DNA of 64,000 nucleotides from the human T2T-CHM13v2.0 reference genome, Homo sapiens. How positions within the stretch are numbered: the stretch's first letter is position 1; each line of letters opens with the position of its first letter. Of the stretch, positions 38,498 to 58,249 are shown piece by piece. A program made the position numbers and the translations under genes. The notes under the pieces were generated by a model. The model worked only from the letters and a program-made list of their open reading frames with translations. It was not told the origin of the DNA and did no database searches. Location of the stretch: NCBI RefSeq assembly GCF_009914755.1, contig NC_060944.1; one strand, 5' to 3'.

Positions 38498-38740
38498 ATG
38501 TGCCAGCTGGATTCTACAGGAAGCAGACACAGATGGGGTTGGAGGGGCAAAGGGCTTATTAGAGGAGTAATGCCTGTGAAGAAAAGGGGAACGGAACATG
38601 TTTGGGTATAGGGAGCCATCAGACTGCAGTGCACACCTGACGAAGTCTCTGCCCACCCAGATTGCCTGATAGAGGAATACCACAAGAGGTAGAAATGGCT
38701 AGGCTCTTGTACTACCACTTTGCACAGTCATTGACTAGAG
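38498..38740. mobile_element. ERVL-class LTR fragment (LTR16-like)
   Basis: ggaagcagac...ttattag...cctgtgaag motif. Confidence 0.35.
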
Positions 38741-38756
38741 ATAGATCTTTGATCAA

Positions 38757-38960
38757 TGTAGAGATTTTCAGCCTTGGCATTGTTGACATTTGGGACTGGA
38801 TACTTTGTTATAGGGGGTTGTCCTGTGATTTGTAAGATGCTTAGCAGCATCCTAGGCCTCTATCCCCTAGATGCCAGTAGCCCAGCCTCCCTGCTATTAG
38901 TTGTGACAGTCAAAACTATCTTTAGACACTGCCATATGTTCCCTAGGGAAGGGCCTAATG
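38757..38960. mobile_element. MER20
   Basis: ccttggcattgttgacatttggg...agcatcctaggcctctatcccctagatgccagtagc. Confidence 0.8.
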
Positions 38961-39182
38961 GTATATAAACAACCCTATGGTGGCATAGTCCAAGTTTTGG
39001 GACAGGGAGGAGTGTTCTATACTACCCTTACTGGAAAGACCTATGAGCTATTCAGAAATCTGAACTATTTAAGATGGAGCTTTGTTCTGTGGCTCCTGGA
39101 ATTTTAAGCACACCCCTGTGAAACATCTTGTTAGGATATACTCCACTCTCCAAAACAATCCATAATGTTTAAATAGGGCTGT

Positions 39183-40017
<835 letters not shown>

Positions 40018-40057
40018 ATGTTGTATATTTCTAAAGGTATTTTTCCTTTTGTTGCAG

Positions 40058-40136
40058 GTGACACAACTAAAAAAAAACAAAGGTATTTATGGAATTCCAC
40101 TGAGTGGTAATGGATGATGCAGTTCAAATAACTAAG
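40058..40136 (+). other. PTPRA: 79-nt internal non-coding (5'-UTR) exon, probably of PTPRA
   Basis: Polypyrimidine tract plus acceptor TTTTCCTTTTGTTGCAG| ends at 40057; donor AAG|GTAAGA starts at 40137; possible branch point CTAAA at 40031-40035. The exon matches my recollection of the PTPRA 5'-UTR. Exon call is strong; gene identity is from memory. Confidence 0.75.
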
Positions 40137-40367
40137 GTAAGAGAAATAAAACCAGAACTGTGAGGAGGCTTTTGCCAGCCAAGTAGTGTCCTTAAATAAA
40201 GCTAACATCACATGCTTTCCTGCTTCATTTCGTTTCTAAGCTGTAAGAGTAGCTTATTTTTTTATTATTATAAACATTGTAATTATCCTTTAAGATACTT
40301 CTTAACCTGATTATGAATCAGAATCACTTGAAGAGCTTTTTTTTTTTAAAAAAAAAGACCAAAGTCA

Positions 40368-40668
40368 GGCTGGGCATGGTGGATCACGCCTGTAATCCCA
40401 GCACTTTGGGAGGCCGAGGCGGGCAGATCACTTGAGGTCAGGAGTTCAAGACCAGCCTGGCCAACATGGTGAAACCCCATCTCTACCAAAAATACAAAAA
40501 TTAGCCAGATGTGGTGGCATGTGCCTGTAATCCCAGCTACTCGGGAGGCTGAAGCAGGAGGATCCCTTGAACCCAGGAGACAGAGGTTGCAGTGAGCTGA
40601 GATCGCACACTGCATTCCATTCTGGGCACCAAAGAATGAAACTCCTTCTCAAAAAAATAAAAATAAAA
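40368..40668 (+). mobile_element. AluS
   Basis: TSD aaaaagaccaaagt. Confidence 0.92.
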
Positions 40669-40744
40669 AGACCAAAGTTAATGCCCTGCCAGCATTGAAT
40701 TAAAGCTTCTTGAGTAGATCACAGATGATCTCCAAGTTTTTTAA

Positions 40745-41829
<1,085 letters not shown>

Positions 41830-41869
41830 TGAAAAGGTTTTACATCTTAATGTGTTCATATACATACTT

Positions 41870-42890
<1,021 letters not shown>

Positions 42891-43061
42891 GCTTTTTGGT
42901 GACCTCCATAATTCTAAATTATATGTATATGCTGTTTCTTCTTAATTCTTTTATTAATAAAAAAGACAACATAATTCTTTGCCTCTCCAGTGTGAAAAAA
43001 TGGGAATTTACCTTACACTATCCCCCCATTTAATATTTGTATTATTTCCTGTTCTGCTGCT

Positions 43062-43518
43062 GTTTATTAGTTTCCTCAGACTTCTGTAACAAAACTCCAT
43101 GAACTGGGTGGCTTAAACAATAGAAATTTATTGTCTCAGAGTTTTGGAGGCTAGAAGTCTTGCGGGCTGTGCGGGAGAATCTGTTCTATGATTTTCTTCT
43201 AGCTTCTGGTAGCCTCAGGCATCCCTTACATTGTAGATGGCATTCTCTCTGTATCTTCAGATTGTCTTCCCTCTATGCATATCTGTCTCTTGTGTCCAAA
43301 TTTCCTTTTTCAAAATAAGTGCGCTAGTCATTGGATTAGGGACCACCCTAATGAGCTCATCTCAACTTGATCATATGCAAAAATCCTCTTTCTAAATAAG
43401 TTCACATTCACAGGAACTGAGTAGGGGGTTACAATTTTAACATCTTTTAGGGGACACAATTCAGTCTGGGTGACAGAACAAATCTCTGTCTCAAAAACAA
43501 AACAAAACAAACCCATAA
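43062..43518 (-). mobile_element. MLT1B/C solo LTR with tiny Alu 3' stub at 43464-43510
   Basis: actgggtggcttaaacaatagaaatttatt...ggattagggacc...ggggacacaattca. Confidence 0.8.
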
Positions 43519-43619
43519 AGTGATTACATTTCTAACTTTCGGAAGTACTCTTCAACCTCCTTTTTTTAGGTTAATTTTCAGCACTCTTTCCTTCTTTCTT
43601 CCTTTCCTTTTTCCTTTTC

Positions 43620-44053
43620 CTTTTTTTTTTTTTTTTTTTTTTTTACTTTTTATTTTTTTGAGACAGAGTCTTGGTCTGTCGCTCAGGCTGGAGTACAGTG
43701 GTGTGATCTTGGCTCACTGCAACCTCTGCCTCCTAGGCTGAAGTGATTTTCCTGCCTCAGCCTCCCAAGTAGCTGGGATTACAGGCACCCGCCACCACGC
43801 CCGGCTAATTTTTGTATTTTTAGTAGAGCCAGGTTTTCACCTTGTTGGCCAAGCTGGTCTCAAACTTCTGGCCTCAAGTGATCCGCCCGCCTCGGCCTCC
43901 CAAAGTGCTGGGATTACAGGCATATGCCACCACACCTGGCTAATTTTTGTATTTTTAGTAGAGACAGGGTTTCACCTGTTGGATCTCCTGACCTCATGAT
44001 CGCCCTCCTCAGCCTCCCAAAGTGCTGGGATTACAGTCGTGAGTGCCGCGCCC
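43620..44053 (-). mobile_element. Three-arm Alu chimera
   Basis: Dimer continues directly into a second linker and left arm. Confidence 0.85.
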
Positions 44054-44575
44054 ACTTAATATTTATGTTATTATAGCTAAGTAAATATTGTTCACTGTCA
44101 GGCCAGGCAGCATTTTCTGGGTTTTTATTTCTTTCTCTGTAGGTTCAATGTCATAGACCCTGGGCTATTCAAATGAGAAAATGAAGAAAAAGTGAATTCT
44201 CTCTCTGAAACTATCAGTTGCTTCCAATCATGTCTTTATATTTTATATTTGAACCGTAACTTTCTCATAAAATTTTCTCCCTGGAGTTTCTAATTTTCTT
44301 GTCTATTTGCCTGTTATTATAGTTTCACTTTTCACGAAGATCTCAATCATACACTCCAGCCTGTCAAGGCTAGTTCAAACCATACACTGTGGCCCAAATT
44401 TAGGCTAGTCGTACACTCCAATCCGAGACCAGTGGGCACTGTTTTTTAGGCTGTCTACACAGTCATATTGGTATTTTCCTTACTGGTTTTTCTTTGACGG
44501 GGGTGCAGGGGAGGTTGGGTCCACTGATCTTGGATATCAGTCTTTCTTTGTATTTGTTTTTTAAATCTTACTAGA

Positions 44576-44885
<310 letters not shown>

Positions 44886-44966
44886 ATCTTACCAGAGTTC
44901 ATTCTCAAGTCACTTACTGAGAGAAAAGGTACCTGGCAGATAAATTTTGACTCTTTCTGGTATCCG

Positions 44967-45258
44967 TTTTTTGTTGTTGTTGTTGTTGTTGTTTGTTTGT
45001 TTTGGAGACGGAGTCTCGCTCTGTTGCCCAGGCTGGAGTGCAGTGGCGCGATCTTGGCTCACTGCAAGCTTCGCCTCCCAGGTTCATGCCATTCTCCTGC
45101 CTCAGCCTCCTAAGTAGCTGGGACTATAGGCGCCTGTCACCACGCCTGGCTAATTTTTTGTATTTTTAGTAGAGATGGAGTTTCACTGTGTTAGCTGATC
45201 TGCCCTCCTTGGCCTCCCAAAGTGCTGGGATTACAGGCGTGAGCCACCGTACCCAGCC
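44967..45258 (-). mobile_element. AluY with left-arm deletion
   Basis: gcaagcttc diagnostic; gtgttagc|tgatctgccc junction. Confidence 0.88.
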
Positions 45259-45518
45259 TCTGGTGTCTGTTTTTAAGACCCTCATGTTGGAGTGATGGTT
45301 TGGTTGACTATAGAATTCTAGGTTGCCTATTATTTTTCCTCAAAACTTTGAAGTCATTGCTCCATTTCTTCTGACATCCCTTGTTGTTCATGAGAAATAG
45401 AAAGTTTCATATAGGAAATTAATTTTTCTTCTTTTCTGGAAGCTTTTATGTTCTATATAGTCTGGAATTCCATAGAGGTGTACTTGGTGGGCCCTTTAAT
45501 AGATCTGCAGACTCATAG

Positions 45519-46102
<584 letters not shown>

Positions 46103-46393
46103 TGCTGTTTTTTCTTTTACTGTTTCTTAAACTAGTCTTCTCCCCGCTTTCTTTTCCTGTATGAACGTTAATAGTTGACCACAGCATTGGCCCTGTAATA
46201 CTCTTTTGTTCTTTGTATTTCTTCAGTTTTATTTAGCCTCTGTTGTGTGTTCACACATTCCTTTTTATTTGCTTGATGTGTGTCCCATCCCTTCTTTTGA
46301 ACACTGTGTGGTCATTAATGAGAGTGTGGTAGGATTTTATGTACTGATATTTAAGAAAATGACCATAAAATGTTCTTGGAGATGGTCTTTAAA

Positions 46394-46693
46394 GACCGGG
46401 CATGGTAGCTCATGTTTGTAATCTTAGTACTTTGGGTGGCTGAGGCAGGAGGATTGCTTGAGCTCAGGAGTTTGAGACCAGCCTGGGAAACATGGGGAGA
46501 TCCCATCTCTACAAAAAATGCACAAATTACCCAGGCGTGGTAGTACATGCCCGTGGTCCCAGCTATTCCAGAGCCTGAAGTGGGAGGATTGCTTGAGCCC
46601 AGGAGCTCGAGGCTGCAGTAAGCCATGTTTGCACCACTGCACTCCAGCCTGAGTAACAGAACAAGACCCTGTCTCAAAGAAAGGAAAAAAAAA
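46394..46693 (+). mobile_element. AluJ
   Basis: J-type dimer. Confidence 0.9.
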
Positions 46694-46709
46694 TTTTAAG
46701 TAGTTGATT

Positions 46710-46998
46710 AAAAGAGGTCTTTAGGGTGGGCTCTAATTTGATGTGACTGGTGTCCTTGTAAGAAAAGGAAATTTGTACACGCAGACATCAGAAACAAATA
46801 CACAGAGGAATGACCAGGTGAGGATACAGTAAGATGGTGGCCATCTGCAGGCCAAGGAGAGAGGTCTCATAGGAAACCAAACTTGCTGACACTTTCATCT
46901 TGGACTTCTAGCCTGTACAGCTGTGAGAAAATAAATTTCTGTTGTTGAACCCACCGAGTCTGTGATACTTTTATGGCAGCCCTACCAAATGAATATAG
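46710..46998 (+). mobile_element. MLT1B-like LTR
   Basis: tgactggtgtcctt...ttggacttctagcct...ctgtgagaaaataaatttctgttg...tatggcagccct. Confidence 0.82.
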
Positions 46999-47296
46999 AC
47001 ATTTAAGAAGGCTTGGTGCATTGCAGCATTTGGTAAATTATTATGCATTTCGTTGTATTGTGCATGTAGTGCCATTACTGAGAATAGCAGGATGGATGGG
47101 AAGCATCGAGACAAAGTAAAATACGAGCTGGCCACTAACATATGGTATGATTTTGTGGTAGGTGAAAAAAGGATTCCAGAAGTAGAGTGCTTATGAAAGA
47201 AAAGCTCAGTAGTGTAAGAATTTTACACCAGTTTGACTTTAACAGAGAGTGAGTTCAACAGTGAAAGATGAGGTTGCAAATGTAGTTTGGGGACCC

Positions 47297-47727
47297 ATAT
47301 TAATTTCCTGGTGCTGCCCAAACAAAGTACCATAAACTCGGTGGCTAAAGACAGCAGAAATATATTGTCTGGCAGTTCTGGAGGCCCAAAGTCAAGGTGT
47401 TGGCAGTGTTGGTTCCTTCTTGGGGGGAATCTGTCCCATGCATCTCTCCTTAGCTTCCAAGAGCCCCCTGTGTTATTTGGATTGTAAATGATCACTCAAA
47501 TCCTCTTTCTTCAATTGGCATTTTCCCTGTCTGTTTTCACATGATTATCTTCTTATAAGGACACCAGTCATATTGGATTAGGGGCCCACAGTACTCCAGA
47601 ATGACCTCATCTTTATTTAACTAATTACATCTTCAACGACCCTATTTCCAAATAAGGTCACATCCTATGGTACTGGGGATTAGGACTTCATATCTTTTTT
47701 GGGGAGGCATAGTTCAACCCATAACAG
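47297..47727 (-). mobile_element. MLT1B/C LTR
   Basis: acaaagtaccataaact...taaggacaccagtcatattggattagggg...caacccataaca. Confidence 0.82.
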
Positions 47728-48569
47728 GGGCCAAACTGTGAAGCATTTCCTATATATCAATCCAGATATTTTCAAATCTATTGTTTATTCAGTGGGAAAC
47801 CATTGAAAACTTTGAGCAGGATGAATCTAACACTTTAGGAAGACTCCTTGGGGATGGGGTTGGAGAGATGTTAGCTGCACTGGAAGTCAGTAGACCAGAG
47901 TCTGGACCACTGGGAGTCTGGACCAGATCAATGTTATGGAAAACCAGGATTCTGGGGCTCCCACTCAAGATATCCCAAACCCAAATCTTCAGACTGGAGA
48001 CCCAGGACTGTTTTTTAAAAGCTCCCTCTCTCTCCCTGTGAGTCAGATGATTTAGCCTAGCTTGGATGTAACACTGGGTGTGAGGTGATAGAGGCATGAA
48101 ATGGGTTGGTGGTTATGCAAGTAGAAAGACCAGAGAGAACCTGGGAAAAGAGACATTTCGAAAAAGTAGTATGTAAACTGGCACCGGAGAGTCTGAGACA
48201 GTGGTGGAATCCTTAACAGAAATAAAGATGTCTAGAGAATAAATTGGGTTTAAAGGGAAGGTAATTAATTTGGTTTACAGTGTAAGGTGATAGACAGTCA
48301 GCAGGCACTTGGAGAATGGTGATGTATGTTCAGAAGTGAGATAATGGAGGTGATAATCAAAACCCTTTGTTTTGATTTGAGCCTTTGTGTGGGAGAAAGG
48401 ATATGGCGAGAAGAACAGAAGATCAGGAAGCCAATACTGTAGACCCTCATTCCCTAGCCCCTGAAACAAATGGATTTGACTTCTCTGTCATGACACCTGG
48501 AACAAATGTGGCATTGCTTACTTACTTCCTTTGCCATGAACTCAGTGAAGGCAGGGACGGGTCTTGGCT

Positions 48570-48602
<33 letters not shown>

Positions 48603-48732
48603 CTGGGTCTCATTCTGTTACCCAGGCATGAGTGCCATGGCATAATCATAGCTCACTGCAGCCTCAAACGAACCTCCTCCCTCAGGCCTCCTGAGTTGCT
48701 GGGACTACAGGCATGCACCAATGGCCCTGGCT
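48570..48732 (-). mobile_element. (TG)n tail plus partial AluJ
   Basis: About 13 TG units followed by a deleted right arm. Confidence 0.8.
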
Positions 48733-50238
48733 TTTTAAAGGCCATCATCTAGCACAGTGCCTGGCTTTTCAATGGAAGTCTGTTGAATGACTGACTGACT
48801 GACCGACTTGGAAAATGAACACATCAACTTGAGAATAAGAACTTTAACTTTTTTCTTCCTTGCATCCCCTAACATTTAATCCAATGCCTGGTCCTTAATA
48901 GGACCCAAATAAAATTTTGATGTGTGAATGGTAGAAGAAAAGCTAAAATTGAGTAGTCATTGTGTCAAAGAGAACCAGGAAACAGAGAAGCTTTTGAGAA
49001 TAAGTTGACCATAACATGTCAAATGCAAGTCAAGGAGAATGAAAACTGAGGGCAGGAATTAGATTTAATCAGGAGGTTATTTGTAGATTTGAGAACGAAG
49101 GATTTAAGAACATAATGAGGTTGTTAAGGGAGAATGAAGGAATTAAGATCATAATGAGGTTGTTAAGTAGAGGTGGAAAGTGAGGAAATGAAAGCCAAGT
49201 ACATCTTATACAAGTTTAGTAGTAATGAGGAAAAGAGAAGCTCATAGAGTTAAAGCTCTAAAAATCTGTTTAGAACATCCGTGTCTATTTGTAAACAAAG
49301 GGGTATGAGGGTTAGGGATGGAAAAATGGAAAGTACCAGAAGGAAATGCATAATTTTAGGGGAAAGATCTCAAATGGGATCAAGAACATGGGCAGTAGCC
49401 TTAAAAAGGATGAGGGAATCTCTTCCTCTAGTCTAAAAAGGGAGAATAGAGGCTCTATAGAGGAGAGAGAGGTCATGTCCTCTTGTCAGCCATCTGCTCA
49501 GAGGGAGCTTGGGCTGCTGTGCTAGAAACTGACATAGGAAACTGACAAAGGAAGGATATGTTTTCTGCACAGCACTGAGGAGTGTGATACTCCTAAGCAG
49601 TAGTTGGCAGCCTGAGATAGGAATGGTGGAACCAGATGGTAAGTATAATCCAGGAATCAGGATGGCACTTTCTGTAGATTAGGGAGTTGTAGGCTGGGGG
49701 TGTACTTTTATTCACTCTTCTCTGATTCAGAGGTTTTATAATTTTCACTAACATCATTAAAAACAATATTGGATGCCTACTACCTGTTGGTTTTTATTTT
49801 AATCTTGGGAAAAAAAAGTAAAAGCTACTATCCTGAGGTTTCTGGTTTTATTGGGGAGATAGATCATATATGTAAAAAGCAAGTTTAGCAAATGGCACAT
49901 GGCATTATAGACTAAGTCCCAAATCAGTAGATTACATAAATGTCAGAGAGATTACAATTATAGCAGTACACTTTGAGGTTCTTTTCCCCTTAGCTTATGA
50001 ACATTTAAATTTTGTCACTTTTATAAATACATGCCTATTTGAGAGGTAAGAAAAGTACCATGTTGCTTTAATTTGCTTTTCTTTGTTAGCAAAGATGAAT
50101 TTTTTCAGTTGTTTATCATTATTTTACTTTTTATGAATTGCCTATTCATAGCTTTTATCCATCTTTCCATGGTTGTGTTTGTACTTACTAATTTGTAAAT
50201 ACCTCATTTAATAAGGTTATTTAACCTTTTGCCTGTAA

Positions 50239-50609
<371 letters not shown>

Positions 50610-50993
50610 TTTTCTAGTTTTTTTAATTTAAACATTTTCTTTCAGATTTCTTATTTTGATTTATTTTCAGTTTATGATGTTTTGTTGACACATAAGAGTT
50701 TAAATATCTTATGTATTAGAAACTATTAAATATTTCTTTTTAATATTTAGGAAGGCTACCTCAGCCTGAGAACAGACAAATATTTTCAAATGTTTTCTTC
50801 AAATTGTTTTATAGTTTATTGGTACTTATTTACATTCCATTGTATTATTGTTATTTATATACTTAAAACTTTAAACCATTTTGGAATATTGCATGAAATA
50901 GAGACCTAATTTTTGCTGAGTAGTTCAGCAGTTTCTAGTACTGTTTACTAAATAATCTATGAAAATTTTCTGCGGATTCCTAAATGATTTTGT

Positions 50994-51246
50994 CCAGGCT
51001 GGAGTACAGTGGCACAATCATGGCTCACTGCGGCATCTACCTCCCCAGGCTCAGGTGATTGTCCCACCTCAGCCTCTCAAGTAGCTGGGACTACAGAAGT
51101 GCCACTACACCCAGCTAATTTTTGCATTTTTTTGTAGAGACTATATTTCACCATGTTGCTGAGCCTGGTCTTGAACTCCTGGGCTCAAGCGACCTGCCCA
51201 CTTCGGCCTCCCAAAGTACTAGGATTACAAGGCATGAGCCACCGGG
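50994..51246 (-). mobile_element. AluJ lacking tail
   Basis: Begins at ccaggctggagtac. Confidence 0.85.
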
Positions 51247-51517
51247 TATTTTTTATCATATTCCCAATACTTATGTATACAGACTTCCTTGTTTATAAAT
51301 CTGTATCTGTACCATTGCCACATATTATTGTATTAATATAATCTCATAGTGCAAATACTTGTTCATTATTTGTTTTAAATAATGCCTAGACTACACTCAC
51401 CTATTTGTATATGTGAACTTTTTTTAAAACATTTTATTTTTTAATAATTTAAGACTCAGAAAGCTGCAGTAGTACAGGTTCCCAGGTATGCTTCACCCAA
51501 GGGCTTTCAATTAGAAC

Positions 51518-51820
51518 CTTTTTTTTTTTTTTTTTTTTTGAGATGGAGTCTCGCTCTGTCACCAGGCTGGAGTGCAGTGGCGCCATCTCAGCACACTGCA
51601 ACCTCTGACTCCCTGATTCGAGCAATTCTCCTGTCTCAGCCTCCCGAGTAGCTGGAATTACAGGCATACGCCACCACACCCAGCTAATTTTTGTATTTTT
51701 AGTCAAGACGGTGTTTCGCCATGTTGGTCAGGCTGATCTCAAACTCCTGACCTCAGGTGATCTGCTTGCCTTAGCCTCCCAAAGTGCTGGGATTAGAGTG
51801 GTGAGCCACTGTGCCCGGCC
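51518..51820 (-). mobile_element. AluS
   Basis: Antisense dimer. Confidence 0.9.
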
Positions 51821-52409
51821 CCTGAAATCACCTTTTCTGTAATGCTACTTTGTTCAATAAAAATAACATATTAATATCCTTTTTAAAAATACATACAATA
51901 TATTGTTATTAACTGTAGTCACCATGATGTACAATAGATCTCTTGAACTTATTCCTCCTAACTGAATTTTGTGTCCTTTGTTCAGTATTTCCCCAATTCC
52001 CCTACCCACCAACCTCTAGTAACCACCATTTTACTCTCTATTTCTATGAATTCAACTTTTTACATTCCACGTGTAAGTGAGATCATGTGATATTTGTCTT
52101 TCTATGTCTGGCTTATTTCGTTTAACATAATGTCCTCCAGGTTTATCCATGTTATCACAAATGACAGAATTTATTCTTTTTTTAAGGCTGAATAGTGTTC
52201 CATTGTGTATGTATGCCACATTTTCTTTCACCATTCATCCATCAATGAATGAAAACACTTAGGTTGATTTCATATCTTAGCTATTGTGAATAATGCTGCA
52301 ATGAACATAGTAGTACAGATATCTCTTCAACATACCCATATTAGTTATATCCTTTAGATATATATCCAATAGGGGGAATTACTGAATCATATAGTAGTTC
52401 TATTTAAAT

Positions 52410-53008
<599 letters not shown>

Positions 53009-53156
53009 TATTTTTAATTTTTTGAGGAACCTCCATACATGTTTTCCATAATGGCTGTACTTATTTACCTTCTCACCTTATTGTATAATGGTGCATATCT
53101 CAGAATGTGTCCTTACTGAGTGACACATAACTATATTTGAAGTAAGTTTCTTATAG

Positions 53157-53621
<465 letters not shown>

Positions 53622-53955
53622 TAGTTGGGTTCTTTTTTAAAAGAATCAGTTCTACTAATTTCTTTTCGTTGGTATGTATAAACCATTTATATTTAATATA
53701 ATTATTGATACTTTGGATTTAAATTTGCCATTTTTGTTTCATTCATTATTTTTGTTCTTCTGTTTCCCCTTTCCTGTTTTACAGTGGGTTCCTTGAACAT
53801 TTTTTAATATTTCATTTTGAGTGTATCTCTTTATAAAGTTTTTTGTGTGATTGCTCTAGGAATATATATGTAGATAACTTATTACAGTCTATTAATATCA
53901 ACTTTTTACCACCTTAAGTAGAATGTAGTTAGTTTTAGTAGAAGGAATCTTTTAG

Positions 53956-54271
<316 letters not shown>

Positions 54272-54878
54272 CACCTTCCTTCTTTATGGTACAGTTGTCT
54301 TAAATATTACCTCTACATACAAGGAGAACCACTTCAGGGACTGCTATAATTTTTACTTTCAACCATCAAACATAATCTTTAAAACTCAAGAGAAGAATTG
54401 CTTAATTAGTGTATGTATGTGTGTCTGTATATGAATAAACATATATATATGCATAACATATATATGGATATATGCATATATAGACACACACACACCCTTT
54501 CCATTGCTTTTTCTTTACTTCTATTTGAGGTTTTCTTCTGTTATCATTTACTTCCTTTCTGATAGAGTTTCTTTAGCCATTCTTTTCAAAGCTGATCTGT
54601 TGGTGACACATTTTTAGTTTTGTTCATCTGCCAGTATTTGTATTTCATTTTTATTTCTGAAGGATATTTTCACTGTCTATAGAATTTTAGCTTGATAGTT
54701 ATTTTCTTTCAGCATTTGAAAAATATTGTATCCATCCTTGTGGTTTCCATGGTTCCTGATGAAAAATCTGTTGTCTTTCAAATTGTTATTCTCCTATGAG
54801 TGATATGTTGTTTCTCTCTAATTGATTTCAGGACTTTTCTTTAGTTTTTAGAAGTTTGATTCTGTAAGTTTATATCTA

Positions 54879-55332
<454 letters not shown>

Positions 55333-56642
55333 TAGACAGTTTTTAGCCATTATTTCTTAAATTTTTTTTTTTCATCTCTCCATTCATTCTCTTACTCTTG
55401 GGACCCTGATAGCATGAATGTTAGATCTTTGTTATTATCCCACAGGACTTTGAAACTGTGTTCATTTCTTTTCAATCTACTTTCTCTCTTGTACAGACTG
55501 GATGATTTCCATTCATTTAAGTTTACTAATTGTTTCCTTTATCATTTTTCTTTTGCTGTTGAGCCCATCCAGTGGGTCTTTTTAATTTCAGAAATTTTAT
55601 TTTTAAAAATTCCATTTGGTACTCCTTATGTCTTCTATATGCTGAGTGTTTATAATGTCTTGTTTGAGCAGTTTCATGAGCGCTGTTTTAAATTCTTTTC
55701 AAATAATTCCAAAATCTATATTATCTTGGTATTGTCATCTGTTGATTGCCTTTTTTCATTCAAGTTGAGATTTTCATGTTCCTGGTATAATGAGTAATGT
55801 TGGATTGCATCCTAGCACTTGGAATATTGTGCTATGAGATTCTGGTTCCTGTTTAAATTTTTATATTTAACAGTCAACCTGTTTAGGTTTAGAACACATA
55901 CCCTGTCCCACTTTTGTCGACTGTGGTTCAGTTTTCAGTCTTGTTTTACTCTTATGGTCTGTGCTACCGAAAGGCCAGTCTGAAATTTAGGTGTTATTCC
56001 GGAGCAGTGTTCAGTTCTTATGCCTTTTGCTGTGTTGTTTCTGGTCATTTTTACACATGGGTTGCTCAGAGGCACTTTTAGGATTTCATACACAGATTCA
56101 GAGAATTCATTTCTCTAGCTCTCTCCTCACCATAATCCTTTCCCAATTCTGTAGTTTTGCTGGGATTAGGACTCCATCTGGTTATTCCAGGGTAGAGAAA
56201 GATGAGTTCACCCACATTCTCTGCAGCTGTAACATGGAGAAGAGGGGAAAGGCGTGCCACCTCATTATGGCAGAGTTGTGTTGGAAGGCAGAATGCTGTT
56301 CACAATTTCTGGGCCACAGTGTCTGGTGAGGAAAAGGAGGGGTACCTCCTCCCCTTTTTTAGTTTGCCTGGTCAAAATGTTTTTGTCTGCTGAGCTGCCC
56401 CTTTCCCAGTTCTTTACCTAGAGAGGGCAGGCTTTTCTTGGCACTTTCTTGTCTGTGCTTACTGGATCTTTCAGATTGTGGCTTCAGAGCTTGGGCTAGG
56501 ACATATTAGAAGTTAAACCAAACCAAACAAAAAAGTAGGGAGCTTCCTGTTGGGTCAGTCCTCATGTCCCCTGGTCCCTAGCCAATCTACCTTCTTTTTT
56601 CTACTTTTCAGAATTTTTCTGTCACTTGTGTCATGAATTTCA

Positions 56643-57012
<370 letters not shown>

Positions 57013-57164
57013 TTACTCCATCTTTTCCTGAACTGTAAATCCCTGCTGCAATTTTAAATTATGAACTTTAGTTCCAGTAGTTTTTTTTAACCTATGTACG
57101 TAGTCTTTCAAATACAAATAACAGTTAAGGGGTTTTCCCCCAATAATTATATCTTGTTTTCTTT

Positions 57165-57305
57165 TCTTTTCTTTTTTTTTTTTTTAAAGAGACCGGGTCT
57201 CGCTGTATCGCCTAGGCTGGACTTGAACTCCTGTGCTCAGGCAATCCTCCTCCCTCAGCCTTCCAAGTATCTGGGACTACAGGCATATACCCCCATACCT
57301 AGCTG
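57165..57305 (-). mobile_element. FLAM
   Basis: Antisense monomer. Confidence 0.78.
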
Positions 57306-57334
57306 TTTTCTTATCCCATTATCTACTTTTAGAA

Positions 57335-57688
57335 CAAGGATTGGCAAACTATAATCTGTTTCCCATATCCAGCTCACTGCTTATTTTGGTATGGCAGACA
57401 AGCTCAGAATAGGTTTTCCTTTTTTTTGGAGACAGGTCTCACTTTGTCACTGAGGCTGGAGTGCATTGGTGTAAACACAGCTCACTTCAGCCTCGACCTC
57501 CCAGGCTCATGGGATCCTCCTGTCTCAGAGAGAAAAAGAGAGAGAGAAAAAAAGAAATTATATGAAATTCAAATTTCAGCGTTTTATTAGAATATGCCAT
57601 GTTCATTTGTTTATATATTGTCTGTGGCTGCCTTCATGGTACGACAGCAGAGTTGAGTAGTTGAAGCAGAGACTTAATTGCCAGCCCT
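57335..57688. mobile_element. MER58B remnant with Alu fragment (57420-57528)
   Basis: caaggattggcaaacta...tatatgaaattcaaatttcag...acagcagagttgagtagttg. Confidence 0.72.
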
Positions 57689-57825
57689 TTTTCCAGATGA
57701 TTTGTAAATCCTAGAAGTGAAACCATTGTCCCTTTCTTGTCCTGCTTTAGTGATACTGATATTTCAAGATACATAATTTTCTTGGGTGAAAGTTTCTTTT
57801 GTTTCTGGTTTCTAGGTATTTGTGA

Positions 57826-58222
<397 letters not shown>

Positions 58223-58249
58223 TAAATCAGAAACCAAAGAGGAGTAGCA

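Noticed and set aside
46710-47727. Two nearby MLT1 LTRs as a possible provirus
   Set aside because: They are in opposite orientation with no internal sequence, so independent solo LTRs.
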